From the IMG/VR virus record IMGVR_UViG_3300050330_000015, positions 1 through 25,308 of that record: a stretch of DNA of 25,308 nucleotides; one strand, given 5' to 3'. Of the stretch, positions 1 to 8,900 are shown one piece after another; within the stretch, counting starts at the first letter, position 1, and every line of letters starts with the position of its first letter. Source of the DNA: a virus. Its lineage: Duplodnaviria; Caudoviricetes. The translations under genes and the position numbers were made by a program. A model generated the notes under the pieces. That model was not told where the DNA came from and did no database searches. It saw nothing but the letters and a program-made list of their open reading frames with translations.

Positions 1-2
1 TC

Positions 3-401
3 CTGGCGCGCCGGCACAATGTCGAGATCGTCACCGTGACCGAGAATGGCGCGGAGATCGCGCTCGACGCCCGCTCGGTTGACGTCGAGGCCGGATTGGT
101 CGAGCGCTGGGTGGATGGCCGCAGGACCTGCTGGCAGGCACGAGAGACCGTCGTCGCCTACGATGCCGGTTTCGATATCGTCCCGCCCAGCCTCTCCGGC
201 ATCGTCACCGATCTCGCGCGCATAAGGCTCAGCGAAGCGTCGGCCGATCCGCTGGTCAAGGCAACAACGGTCGATGTCGACGGCGTCGACAGCGTCCGCA
301 CCGAGCGCTGGGTCGGCGGATTGGCGGCTTCGGATGGGACGGGGTTTCCGGCAGGTTTTTCGGCTCGGCTTGAGCGGTTCATGAACAGGGCGATCGGGTG
401 A
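3..401 (+). CDS. Head-tail connector/adaptor protein (5'-partial)
   Basis: Frame is open from base 3 (LARRHNVEIVTVTENG...), so the true start lies upstream of the window; V-x-Y-x-A-G-F motif (VVAYDAGF) typical of gp6-like adaptors; first gene of the connector block. Confidence 0.6.
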   Translation: MARRHNVEIVTVTENGAEIALDARSVDVEAGLVERWVDGRRTCWQARETVVAYDAGFDIVPPSLSGIVTDLARIRLSEASADPLVKATTVDVDGVDSVRTERWVGGLAASDGTGFPAGFSARLERFMNRAIG

Positions 402-751
402 TGGTGGACCTTTCTGACACCCCGGCGGGTGCGATCTCACGGCTGGACGCTGCCATTGCGCGGCGGGGTTCCACGCTCGTGCTGAAGCGCGGCGACATTT
501 CGGCGCCATTGGCGACGGTGACCGTGAAGGGCTACGAGACCGACATCGACCCGACCAAGTTCGTAGGCAACTCGAAGCAGGGCGACAGCCTCATCATCCT
601 GTCACCAACTGGTCTCGGGGCCTTCGGCGAGCCGTTGGAGGATGATTGGACGGAGTTGGGCGGTCGGACCCGCAGCGTCTATTTCGTGCGCCGCAAGATG
701 CTCGCGAACGTTCTGGTGCGCCTTGAGTTGATGGTGCGGGGCGCGCCCTGA
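398..751 (+). CDS. Putative head closure / head-tail joining protein
   Basis: 117 aa; GTGA overlap with the previous stop; size and position after the adaptor. Confidence 0.55.
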   Translation: MMVDLSDTPAGAISRLDAAIARRGSTLVLKRGDISAPLATVTVKGYETDIDPTKFVGNSKQGDSLIILSPTGLGAFGEPLEDDWTELGGRTRSVYFVRRKMLANVLVRLELMVRGAP

Positions 752-1449
752 TGGCCAGGTTTGAGACCTTCGATCGCGATTTGCGGCTGGCGGTCGCCGA
801 TCTTGCACCCGACCAGATCAATGCAGCACTTGCGCGATTTGCGCGCGAGGAACTGGCGGAGGCGATCCGCAGCGGGGAAGGTAGTCCCAACTATCGACGG
901 TACGTCAATCGCGTCGAAGGCGCTCCGGAAAGCGCGGTGAAAGCGCCCGGGCCTATCATCTACGAATTCATCTGGTGGGAGCCTGTCATCCTATTCGCGC
1001 TGGCCGAGCTGCAGAAGCGCAGTCCGCGCAAGAGTGGCCGGTTCGCCTCGTCGTTCATCGTCATCGTCGGCGGCAAGATCATCGCCGATTTCGCCGATGT
1101 CCCGGCCGAGGCGGAAGTGATCATCACCAATTTCCAGCCCTATGTGCGTAAGGCGGAGGCCGGCCTGCTTGGCGTCCCGCGTCGCCGTCTCTTCGACGGG
1201 ACCAAGCGGCTGCTGAACAGCCGGTATGGCGAGATCGTGCAAGCCGAAACAGTGTTTCTCAGCATCGGTCAGGGTGTCCACCCAGCCATGCCGTACATCC
1301 TCAAAGGCGGCGCGCCGCTCCGAATGGCTGCACAATCGCGTCAGTCGAGTGCGTTTCGTGCCGGCCGAAAACACCTCGCGCCCCGGAAGGATACTGCGGC
1401 AGGTCAGCCGCTCACCTATCCGTCGATCGTGCTGAACCTCAACAGGTGA
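751..1449 (+). CDS. Putative neck/tail completion protein (HK97 gp10-like position)
   Basis: 232 aa; TGATG coupling; SPRKSGRFASS and ITNFQPYVRKAE resemble the 'P..TG.L..S' and 'N..PYA..LE' motifs of this class. Confidence 0.6.
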   Translation: MARFETFDRDLRLAVADLAPDQINAALARFAREELAEAIRSGEGSPNYRRYVNRVEGAPESAVKAPGPIIYEFIWWEPVILFALAELQKRSPRKSGRFASSFIVIVGGKIIADFADVPAEAEVIITNFQPYVRKAEAGLLGVPRRRLFDGTKRLLNSRYGEIVQAETVFLSIGQGVHPAMPYILKGGAPLRMAAQSRQSSAFRAGRKHLAPRKDTAAGQPLTYPSIVLNLNR

Positions 1450-1452
1450 GCC

Positions 1453-1863
1453 ATGTCCAGCCCGGCCGCCTTCACGAGCATCCAGACCTATCTCCGCGAT
1501 AACTGGACGGTCACCCCGATATACTTCGAGAACGAAAAGTGGCACTTCCCTGAACCTCCTGCGCCCTTCCTGCTGGTGGAGGTGTACGGCGACTTCTATA
1601 ACCAGGCATCCATCGGCGCCGATCCCCAAGGCGAAAATCTCTTTCGTGAGATCGGCCAGATCTATGTGCACGTCATGGCCCCGCGCGGCAGCGGGACGGC
1701 GCAGGCACGCACCTATGCCAAGCAGATCGTCGACCTGTTCCGCGGCAATGAAGATGCCGGGGTCCGGCCGCGCGACATGTCGATCGGCGCCGGCGAGCCC
1801 GGAACCGAGGACGGCAACTATTTCCGCATGACGGTGACAATCGAATGGGAAAGGGACGACTGA
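1453..1863 (+). CDS. Tail terminator-like protein
   Basis: 136 aa, acidic; 'YFENE..P' N-terminus and 'G.I.V.V..P.G.G...A...A..I..LF' pattern; lies just before the tail tube gene. Confidence 0.7.
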   Translation: MSSPAAFTSIQTYLRDNWTVTPIYFENEKWHFPEPPAPFLLVEVYGDFYNQASIGADPQGENLFREIGQIYVHVMAPRGSGTAQARTYAKQIVDLFRGNEDAGVRPRDMSIGAGEPGTEDGNYFRMTVTIEWERDD

Positions 1864-2054
1864 TGGCCATCGTGACGCAACCGTTCAAGACGCTTCGCCG
1901 TCGTCTGTCCGTCGGCACGCCGGTCGTCCCCTCCGACGATCTTGAGCCGTATACGTTCAACGATCTTCTGAAACGAGGCTTCATCCAGGAGCCGAAGGCG
2001 CAGCCCGTTTCCGCTTCGGCGCCCAGGAAGCCGGCGGGCCGGCCGAAACCGTAG
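1863..2054 (+). CDS. Small hypothetical virion-module protein (63 aa)
   Basis: ATG overlaps the previous TGA (TGATG at 1861-1865); fills the gap before the tube gene. Confidence 0.6.
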   Translation: MAIVTQPFKTLRRRLSVGTPVVPSDDLEPYTFNDLLKRGFIQEPKAQPVSASAPRKPAGRPKP

Positions 2055-2126
2055 CCTCACCGCCATCTCAGCCAGCCTTGTCCGTCCGGCGCGTGCCTGG
2101 CGGCCGCTTTGCCATGGAGCACTGAC

Positions 2127-3608
2127 ATGACCTCTTCCAACCGCCTTCGCCTCACGACCGTCCGCGAGCAGGACCTCGGCGTGACGCCCAACCCGCCGCG
2201 CATGCGCACTGCGCGCATCACCGGTGAAAGCCTGTCCTATGCACCGCAGTTCGTGAGCTCGAACGAACTCCGCGACGATCGCATGAACTCCGACCCCATC
2301 AAGGTCAACGAGCAGAACAGCGGCGCCATCAATTTCGAGTTGAGCTATCCCGTCGACAACAGTCCGCTCAGTGATTTCTTCCAGTCGCTGATGTTCAGCG
2401 CATGGCAGAATACCCCTCAGCGCGACAACGATGGCACCCCCGATAGCGTCATCACCGACGTGGCCGACACGACCGACGTGGTGACGGTGACGGCGGGACC
2501 GGCCTTCGTCGCCGGCCAGCTCGTGCGCATGACCGGGTTCACGAATGCCGCCAACAACGGCGTGTTCAAGGTGACGACCGGCAGCGCCACAGTGCCGGCG
2601 ATGCTGGGCGCGAACTTCGCCGCGGAGGCCGCGCCTCCCACAGCCGCGCGCATGAAGGTGGTGGGCTTCGAAGGCGCCTCGGGCGACATCACGGCGCTGG
2701 CCGACGGTCTCGGCTCCACGGCACTCGACTTCACCACGCTCGGCCTGCGCGTCGGGCAGTGGATCAAGATCGGAGGCACCGCTGACGGCAGCACCTTCGC
2801 CTTCCTCGTCAGCGGCGGTGCTGCCAAACGGGCCAACGCATGGGCGCGCATCATTGCGATCACCGCCAACAAGCTGACCCTCGACAACCTGCCTGCCGGC
2901 TGGACAACCGACAGCGGCACGACCAAGACGATCCGGGTCTTCTTCGGCGACCAGATCAAGAACGGCGTGGCCCGCTCCTCCCTGACCATCGAGCGCGGGT
3001 TCCTGGGCCAGACCGTGCCCACTTACATCGTGCAGGCCGGCATGGTCGCCGGCCAGGGCGAACTCAACTACACGACCGAACAGCAAATCACCGGCTCCTT
3101 CACTTTCCAGGGGCTTACCGGCGCACAGAGCACTGCTTCGCTCGATGCCTCGCCTGAGCCGCCGACGTCCAACCCGGTCTTGTCGGCCAACGTCAATGTG
3201 GGGCGCATCGCAGAGTCCGGCGTCGCCGTCGCGGCGCCCAACTTCGTGCGTAGCGCGCAGATCACGCACAACAACAACCTGCGGCCGATCACCGCCGTTG
3301 GCAATGTCGGCTCTGTCGATATCGGAGAAGGGGATTGCCAGGTAGAGGGCACACTGGAGACCTTCTTCGGGTCGAATGCCCTCTTTGCCAAGCTGATCGA
3401 TGGCCAGCCCGGGAGCATCAACCTGCGCACCACCAAGGGCGGGCAGGCGTTCATCGATGCGATCCCGCGCGCCACGTTCACCGCCGGCACGCCTTCCGCC
3501 GGCGGCAAGAACCAGGACGTCATGCTCAACCTGGCGTTCCAGGCGTCGAAAGACGAGCTGACATCGGCGCACCGCATCATCGACCGCCTCGAATATTTCG
3601 AGGGGTGA
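2127..3608 (+). CDS. Major tail tube protein with an inserted internal domain
   Basis: GGAG RBS before ATG 2127 (MTSSNRLRL); 'RITGESL...SNELRDDR...GAINFELS' N-terminus and 'VEGTLETFF' C-terminal motifs of tube proteins; followed by the chaperone and tape measure genes. Confidence 0.8.
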   Translation: MTSSNRLRLTTVREQDLGVTPNPPRMRTARITGESLSYAPQFVSSNELRDDRMNSDPIKVNEQNSGAINFELSYPVDNSPLSDFFQSLMFSAWQNTPQRDNDGTPDSVITDVADTTDVVTVTAGPAFVAGQLVRMTGFTNAANNGVFKVTTGSATVPAMLGANFAAEAAPPTAARMKVVGFEGASGDITALADGLGSTALDFTTLGLRVGQWIKIGGTADGSTFAFLVSGGAAKRANAWARIIAITANKLTLDNLPAGWTTDSGTTKTIRVFFGDQIKNGVARSSLTIERGFLGQTVPTYIVQAGMVAGQGELNYTTEQQITGSFTFQGLTGAQSTASLDASPEPPTSNPVLSANVNVGRIAESGVAVAAPNFVRSAQITHNNNLRPITAVGNVGSVDIGEGDCQVEGTLETFFGSNALFAKLIDGQPGSINLRTTKGGQAFIDAIPRATFTAGTPSAGGKNQDVMLNLAFQASKDELTSAHRIIDRLEYFEG

Positions 3609-3648
3609 TCCTTCTTCCGCCGACACGGACCTGCTTGCGCGCGTAAGG

Positions 3649-3689
3649 GCGGCGGCGTTGTCGGGCGCCGCCGCATCCCTCCCCGACAA
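3649..3689 (+). promoter_or_regulatory. Hairpin/pseudoknot-capable RNA element next to the chaperone RBS
   Basis: Perfect 9-bp stem GCGGCGGCG (3649-3657) / CGCCGCCGC (3666-3674); its 8-nt loop TTGTCGGG is exactly complementary to CCCGACAA (3682-3689), which overlaps AAGGA. Confidence 0.5.
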
Positions 3690-3700
3690 GGAAAAATCAC

Positions 3701-4147
3701 ATGACCATCAAGCTTGCTTCGCTCCGGGTCGACCTGGAGCGCGAGAAGACCGGCGACTGGATTCCCTATCCGGAATGGCCGGGCGTCGAGTTCAACGTGT
3801 CCTCGACACAGATCCCTGAGTTCGTGACCGCCCGCAATGGCATGAACAAGCGGCTGGCGAAGTCCTACAAGGGCGTGGACGTCCCCGAAAGCGTGCGCAC
3901 CACGGAACTGGGAAAGATCCTCGCGAAGCACATCCTGCACGGCTGGCGCGGGCTCGACGAGGAATACACGCCCGAGCGCGCCTATGAAATCCTCTCCGAC
4001 TGGGCTTTCCGCGAGGTGGTCAACGCCGTTTTCTACTGCGCCGCCCTGATCGGCCAGAGCGATGCCGAGTTCGTGGAGGAGGCGGGAAAAAAGTCCGCGT
4101 CCAACTCCGATGGCGGCTCGAAGGAGAAAAGCAGGCCGACTGGCTGA
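3701..4147 (+). CDS. Tail assembly chaperone (lambda gpG-like)
   Basis: 148 aa; AAGGA RBS; lies between tube and tape measure; slippery sequence near the 3' end. Confidence 0.8.
   Translation: MTIKLASLRVDLEREKTGDWIPYPEWPGVEFNVSSTQIPEFVTARNGMNKRLAKSYKGVDVPESVRTTELGKILAKHILHGWRGLDEEYTPERAYEILSDWAFREVVNAVFYCAALIGQSDAEFVEEAGKKSASNSDGGSKEKSRPTG
4084..4093 (+). promoter_or_regulatory. Programmed -1 ribosomal frameshift site G-GGA-AAA-AAG
   Basis: Two overlapping in-frame X-XXY-YYZ heptamers (GGGAAAA 4084-4090, AAAAAAG 4087-4093); the -1 frame has no stop from 4093 to 4473. Confidence 0.85.
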
Positions 4148-4473
4148 CGAAGCTTGCCGAGGAGTTTCCCGGCGAGGTTCCGGAGACGGAACTCGCCGAG
4201 ATGCCGGAGGATGCGGAGCCCGAGGAGTGGCACAATCAGCTCTGGCAAGCGTGGGAAACGCTACGGTATGATCGGCCCTATCTCGCCATGGGCGGCGAAA
4301 TGCCGGTCTTCTTCTCCTCCATCAGCGACTACGCCGAGCGCTACGGCATCGTGGGCCACGATTTCGACGAGTTCCTGGCTCTGTTCAAGGCGATCGACGG
4401 CGAATGGCTGACGTGGTGTGCAGAGCGCGCCAAGGAGCGGAAGTCGATGGAGGAGGCTCGGCGGCAGCGGTGA
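4093..4473 (+). CDS. Frameshifted C-terminal extension of the tail assembly chaperone (gpT-like part of gpGT)
   Basis: The -1 frame reads VRVQLRWRLEGEKQADWLTKLAEEFPGEVPETELAE directly into the 4201-4473 ORF (W.AW..L..DR...I..YA..YG...F..L...ID..WL). Confidence 0.8.
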   Translation, partial: VRVQLRWRLEGEKQADWLTKLAEEFPGEVPETELAEMPEDAEPEEWHNQLWQAWETLRYDRPYLAMGGEMPVFFSSISDYAERYGIVGHDFDEFLALFKAIDGEWLTWCAERAKERKSMEEARRQR

Positions 4474-4547
4474 AATTGGCGGTCCCAGATGGCTCCCTTT
4501 GAATAGAGGGCGGGAATGCGCTACATTTTCCATAAGTGGAGAGTGAT

Positions 4548-5108
4548 ATGGCCGCGCCGGCATTGAAAGATACGCCGTTGGTGAGTGACGCGAATCCCGA
4601 AGCCGCTCTGAGCAACGTGATAGATGCAATTTCCAAATTCGGAGACCGGGCGGCGGTCATGCGCCGCCTGGAGGCCGAGGACGCCGCATCGAAAGCGCGC
4701 TTCGAAGATCAGGCGAAAGCGGAGTGGGACGCTCTGAAAGTGTTGCGCGAGACATATCTCGCGCAGTCGCCCGAAAACCGCGACATCGCGGCCCTGGATG
4801 CTGCAATCGACAAGCGGGCGGCGCTTTCCGACATGAAGCGAGCCGTCCACGATGCCGTTCTCAATATGGTCAGGCGTCTCGTGCCGGATGTGGCCAAGGC
4901 GACGGGACAGCCGGAGGAATGGGTCAAGCGGGCCTTGGCATATGTCACATATCCGGCCCAGCGCGATGCCCAGCATTCCATCGATCTTCATTTCGAGATG
5001 GAGGCGCTGGCATCGGAAGTCGATCCAGACAATAGCCTTTCCGGCGATGTGCTGAAACCAGGCGACGACGTCGAAGCCTGGTTCAAGCGGATGATGGCCG
5101 AGTCATGA
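4548..5108 (+). CDS. Hypothetical acidic helical protein, candidate antitoxin
   Basis: GGAG RBS before ATG 4548; stop overlaps the start of a RelE-like gene (ATGA 5105-5108); inserted within the tail operon. Confidence 0.55.
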   Translation: MAAPALKDTPLVSDANPEAALSNVIDAISKFGDRAAVMRRLEAEDAASKARFEDQAKAEWDALKVLRETYLAQSPENRDIAALDAAIDKRAALSDMKRAVHDAVLNMVRRLVPDVAKATGQPEEWVKRALAYVTYPAQRDAQHSIDLHFEMEALASEVDPDNSLSGDVLKPGDDVEAWFKRMMAES

Positions 5109-5386
5109 GGATCGACCGCCGAAAGCGGTTCCTGAGACGATACAAGCGGCTAACACCAACTCAGCGGAAATTGGTAGAGGACGCGGTAGCCCTTTTTCTC
5201 TCCGATTGCTCAGCGGCGCGTCTCGATTTTAAGCAACGTGTGAACTCAAGATATCATTCGATCCGCGTCGGCACGAATGCGGACAATCTTCGGATCGCCA
5301 TGCTGAAGATCGATGAAGACTTCTACGCCTTCGAGTTCATCGGCAACCACGACGACTTGAATTCGCTCGACCGGCAGGATCGATAG
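5105..5386 (+). CDS. RelE/YafQ-superfamily toxin-like protein
   Basis: 93 aa, basic N-terminus; 'F.R.YK.L', 'YHSIRVG...LRI' and C-terminal 'FIGNHD' pattern of ribosome-dependent mRNases. Confidence 0.7.
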   Translation: MRIDRRKRFLRRYKRLTPTQRKLVEDAVALFLSDCSAARLDFKQRVNSRYHSIRVGTNADNLRIAMLKIDEDFYAFEFIGNHDDLNSLDRQDR

Positions 5387-5419
5387 CTGAGTTTGTGGCG
5401 CGCCAGAGGCAGACTTGCT

Positions 5420-5833
5420 CTACGGGTAGGGCGTCTTTCCCTTCTGGTTGGTTGCCGGTTTCGGCGGCGGCTTCTCGAACACGATACCGCAATTCTTCTG
5501 GATCGAGGCGTGTTCGATGGCCTCCATCTCGCCCTTCAGGCGGGCGACCTCTGCTGCGGTGGCTCCGTCACCCTGGGCGAGGAAAGCCGCCGGCCAAAAC
5601 AGCACAAGGGCAACGCCGACCGCTGCGGCGTCCTGGCCAGCCTTCTTGTCCTGCTGGCCGGACGCGGTGATAGCGCGGCTGGATACGTTCTGCGCTTCCA
5701 GCGCCAACTGCTCGCACGTCAGGTTCTGATACAGGATTGGCGACACGTAGCTAGCCTGGATATCGGCTGATTTCGAGGCGCAGCCAACGAGCAATGCAGC
5801 CGCGCCCAGCGTGGCAATATGGGTAATTTTCAT
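5420..5833 (-). CDS. Lipoprotein (moron)
   Basis: MK + hydrophobic stretch + lipobox LVGC; GGAGG RBS; internal hydrophobic segment AAAVGVALVLFWPAAFL; oriented opposite to the tail operon. Confidence 0.8.
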   Translation of the reverse strand: MKITHIATLGAAALLVGCASKSADIQASYVSPILYQNLTCEQLALEAQNVSSRAITASGQQDKKAGQDAAAVGVALVLFWPAAFLAQGDGATAAEVARLKGEMEAIEHASIQKNCGIVFEKPPPKPATNQKGKTPYP

Positions 5834-5920
5834 GATTTCCCTCCGTCCCGCTGATCATCAAATCACCGGGACGGCGGCCTGTCCATCGGCAAGACGCCGC
5901 ACGAAGCACCCGAGAGCCCT

Positions 5921-8900
5921 ATGGTCACCAAGCTCAGCAATCTGCGCCTCGCCGCGGAACTGGATGCGGACGGCTTCACGGCCGGCGCCACCGCGATCGA
6001 GCAGTCCAGCTCGCGCGCCGGCGCCGCGGTGAAGGGTCTCGGCGAATCCATCCAGCAGACAGATGTGAAGGTCGGCCGATCGGGAGACGGCATCCGTGCG
6101 CTGTCCATGCGCTATGTGGACGGCTTCGCCAACCAGGTAAAATACGAGCAGGGTCTACGCCGGATCAACGCTGCATTGGAGAAGGGGGCGATCGACCAAG
6201 CGCAGGCGCAGCAGCTCATCGCCGGCATGACCGCAAAGCTGGCGTTTGCCGGAGATGCCGCGCAACTTGCGGCGAGCGGCCAAACCCAGCTCGCGGGAAT
6301 TGTTTCAGCGGTGAACCGCGACCTACAGGTCGAGACCGGTCACATCGATAGAAACACTGCGGCTTTGCTGCGAAATGCGGCGGCGTCGAAGGCGGCACGC
6401 GCTGCCAACGACAACGTTCGCGTGTTCAACACCGCCAACATCGCCGCGCAGTTCCAGGATATCGGAGTAACGGCGGCGATGGGGATGAGCCCCCTTCAGA
6501 TCGCCTTGCAACAGGGTACGCAACTCTCGGCAATCTTCGAGCAGATGAAGGCCAGCGGTCAGGGTGTCGGCACCGCGTTGGCTGCCGCGATCACCAGCGT
6601 CATAAGTCCGCTTTCGCTTCTGACTATTGGTGCCGTCGCCGCGGGTGCAGCCATCATCCGATGGTTCATGAAGTCGGAGGACAGCGCCGACAAGCTTGAG
6701 AAGAAGCTTGAGGCTCATGCTGCCGCGGTGCGCATGATCAAGGATCTTTACGGCGAGACAGCCGCCGCCGCCGAGCGCGCGGGCAACGCCGGTGGCCTGG
6801 CGTTCTCCGCTGCCTCGATTAGGAGCGACGCTGCATTCTGGCAGCGGGAGCTGCAGCGTCAGGCCCAGCAAGTCACCGACAAGATGCGCGGTGACGGTAT
6901 CCTGACGCGCGGCCTGTTCGGCTCGCTCGCAAACGTCAAGGACTTGCGCGCTGCTGCCGGGGATCTCACCGATGAAGTGGAAGCCCTGATCCGGTCTGCC
7001 GGCAATGGTAGCGCCGACTTCGACACCTTCAACCACAGCCTCGACGCCGCCTTCGAGACGGTGCGTCGATCCGGCAAGGACGTCACGGCCGCCTACAACG
7101 AGATCGAGCGCGTGAGGGAGGTCGCCCAGGCGGCATTTCAGGTCGGAGGCAAGTTTCAGGAGTTCGCTGGGCCGATCAACCAGTTGCAGGTGGGGATCGC
7201 CAGCAACAACGTCGACCTCGAAAAGTTCAACAGCTGGGTCGAGCAGATCGGCAAGCAGAAGGGTATCCAGAGCCAGGCGGATCAGGCCATCGCCCTCGGC
7301 GCCGAACTGGTGAAGATCGCTGGCTATCTCCAGCAGATCGAGAACGCGCGGTTCCTGAAGACCGAGCAAATCCGCGATCGGCTGGCATCCGAGCGCATGG
7401 ACACCGGACAGTCCTATTTCCAGCAGCGGCAGCGCGAATGGGAGCTGGAAGACCGCATCCTCGACGCGCAAACCCAGCAGGTGAAGGCGCTCACCGACCA
7501 GGAGAAGATCGCCGCTGCGGGAGCGCTCGCCAAGGCACGCAATCCGGTCGAGGGCGAGCAGCGCCGCCGCGAAGTCCTGATTGCCGAGCGGCAGGAGCGC
7601 GAGCGCCTGGACGCGGCCTGGCGACAGGGCGAAATCCAGCGTGCCCGTGCGCGCGACGAAGATATCCTGCAGGCGCAACAGGAGTTTGAGCTGATCGGCA
7701 AGACGGTCGGTCAGGTCGCGGCCCTGGAATTCCAGTGGCAGGCGGAAGGAGCCGCACGCCAGGCGGCGGCAGAGGCTGGGCGCAAGATTGGCGATGACGA
7801 GCTTCGGGCCATCGGGGAACAGGCCGCGGCCGTTGGCGCCTTGGCGCAGAAATATGCCGAGCTTCAGCTCGTCAGGGGACTGCAATTCGATCGCGAGCAG
7901 CTCGGGCGCACCGATACCGAGCAGAAAGTAGCCGCCGCGATGCGCAGTCTATGGGGGGACGACTACCAGTCCCACATGAACGACGCGACCGCCGGGCTGA
8001 TCCGCTTCAATATCGAACTGGAAAAGACGGGCGAGATTGGAAAGGACGTCTTCGACAGTTTCATCGACGCCCTGACAAGCAGCGGCGATCTCGTCGAAAA
8101 CCTTATCTCGGCCTTTGCCCAGCTTGGCAAGATGTTTGCGACGCTCGGCGCCGAGAAGCTGTACGATTATATCAGTGGCAAGTCGTCATCTCTGTTCGGC
8201 GGCAGCACCCCGAGCGTTGGCGGCAGCGCCTCGGTCGCGAACTATCGCGCCAGCGGTCAGGCCATAGGCGAGACGATTGCGCCGCCGATTGTCGATAGCC
8301 TGAACTCCAATCTGGACACCTTCGCGGCGGCTATCAGAAAGATCGAGAGCGGCAGTTATGCCGGGAACTACAACGCTGTCGGACCTGTCGTCACTAGCGG
8401 CATGTATGCTGGCGACCGGGCCTATGGCGCTTATCAGATCATGGGTGGAAATATAGCGCCGTGGACGAAAGAAGTTCTCGGCACATCGCTATCGATCAAG
8501 GAGTTCCTCGGCAACCAGGCCGCGCAAGACAAGGTGGCCTACGCGAAGATGGGCGCCGCGTTCGATAAGTTCGGCAACTGGTCCGACACTGCCTCCGTCT
8601 GGTTCTCCGGTGGCCCTCTTGCTGCCAATAGCAACAGGAGCGACGGCTATACATCGGTGCCGTCCTATGTGTCGCAGACGCAGGCGGCCATGGACAACTA
8701 TCCCGGCGGGCTGGCCAAGGCCGTTTCGGACGGCACGGTAGACGCCAGCAAGCGCATTCGTGTCGGCAATAATTTCCAGGACACCTACGATGTAGCGCCC
8801 GGGTCCGTCGCCAGCCAGGGCGGCATGACCAAGATGCAGGGGCTGTTGGGCGTCGGCGGCGCCGCGCTCGGCGCCTTCGCCGGCGGCTTCCAGAGCGGCG

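Noticed and set aside
1818-3689. 623-aa minus-strand ORF (and similar long antisense ORFs at 6323-7885, 8489-9517, 11015-12268, 12781-13779, 17535-18554)
   Set aside because: Shadow frames of high-GC3 plus-strand genes; no motifs or RBS
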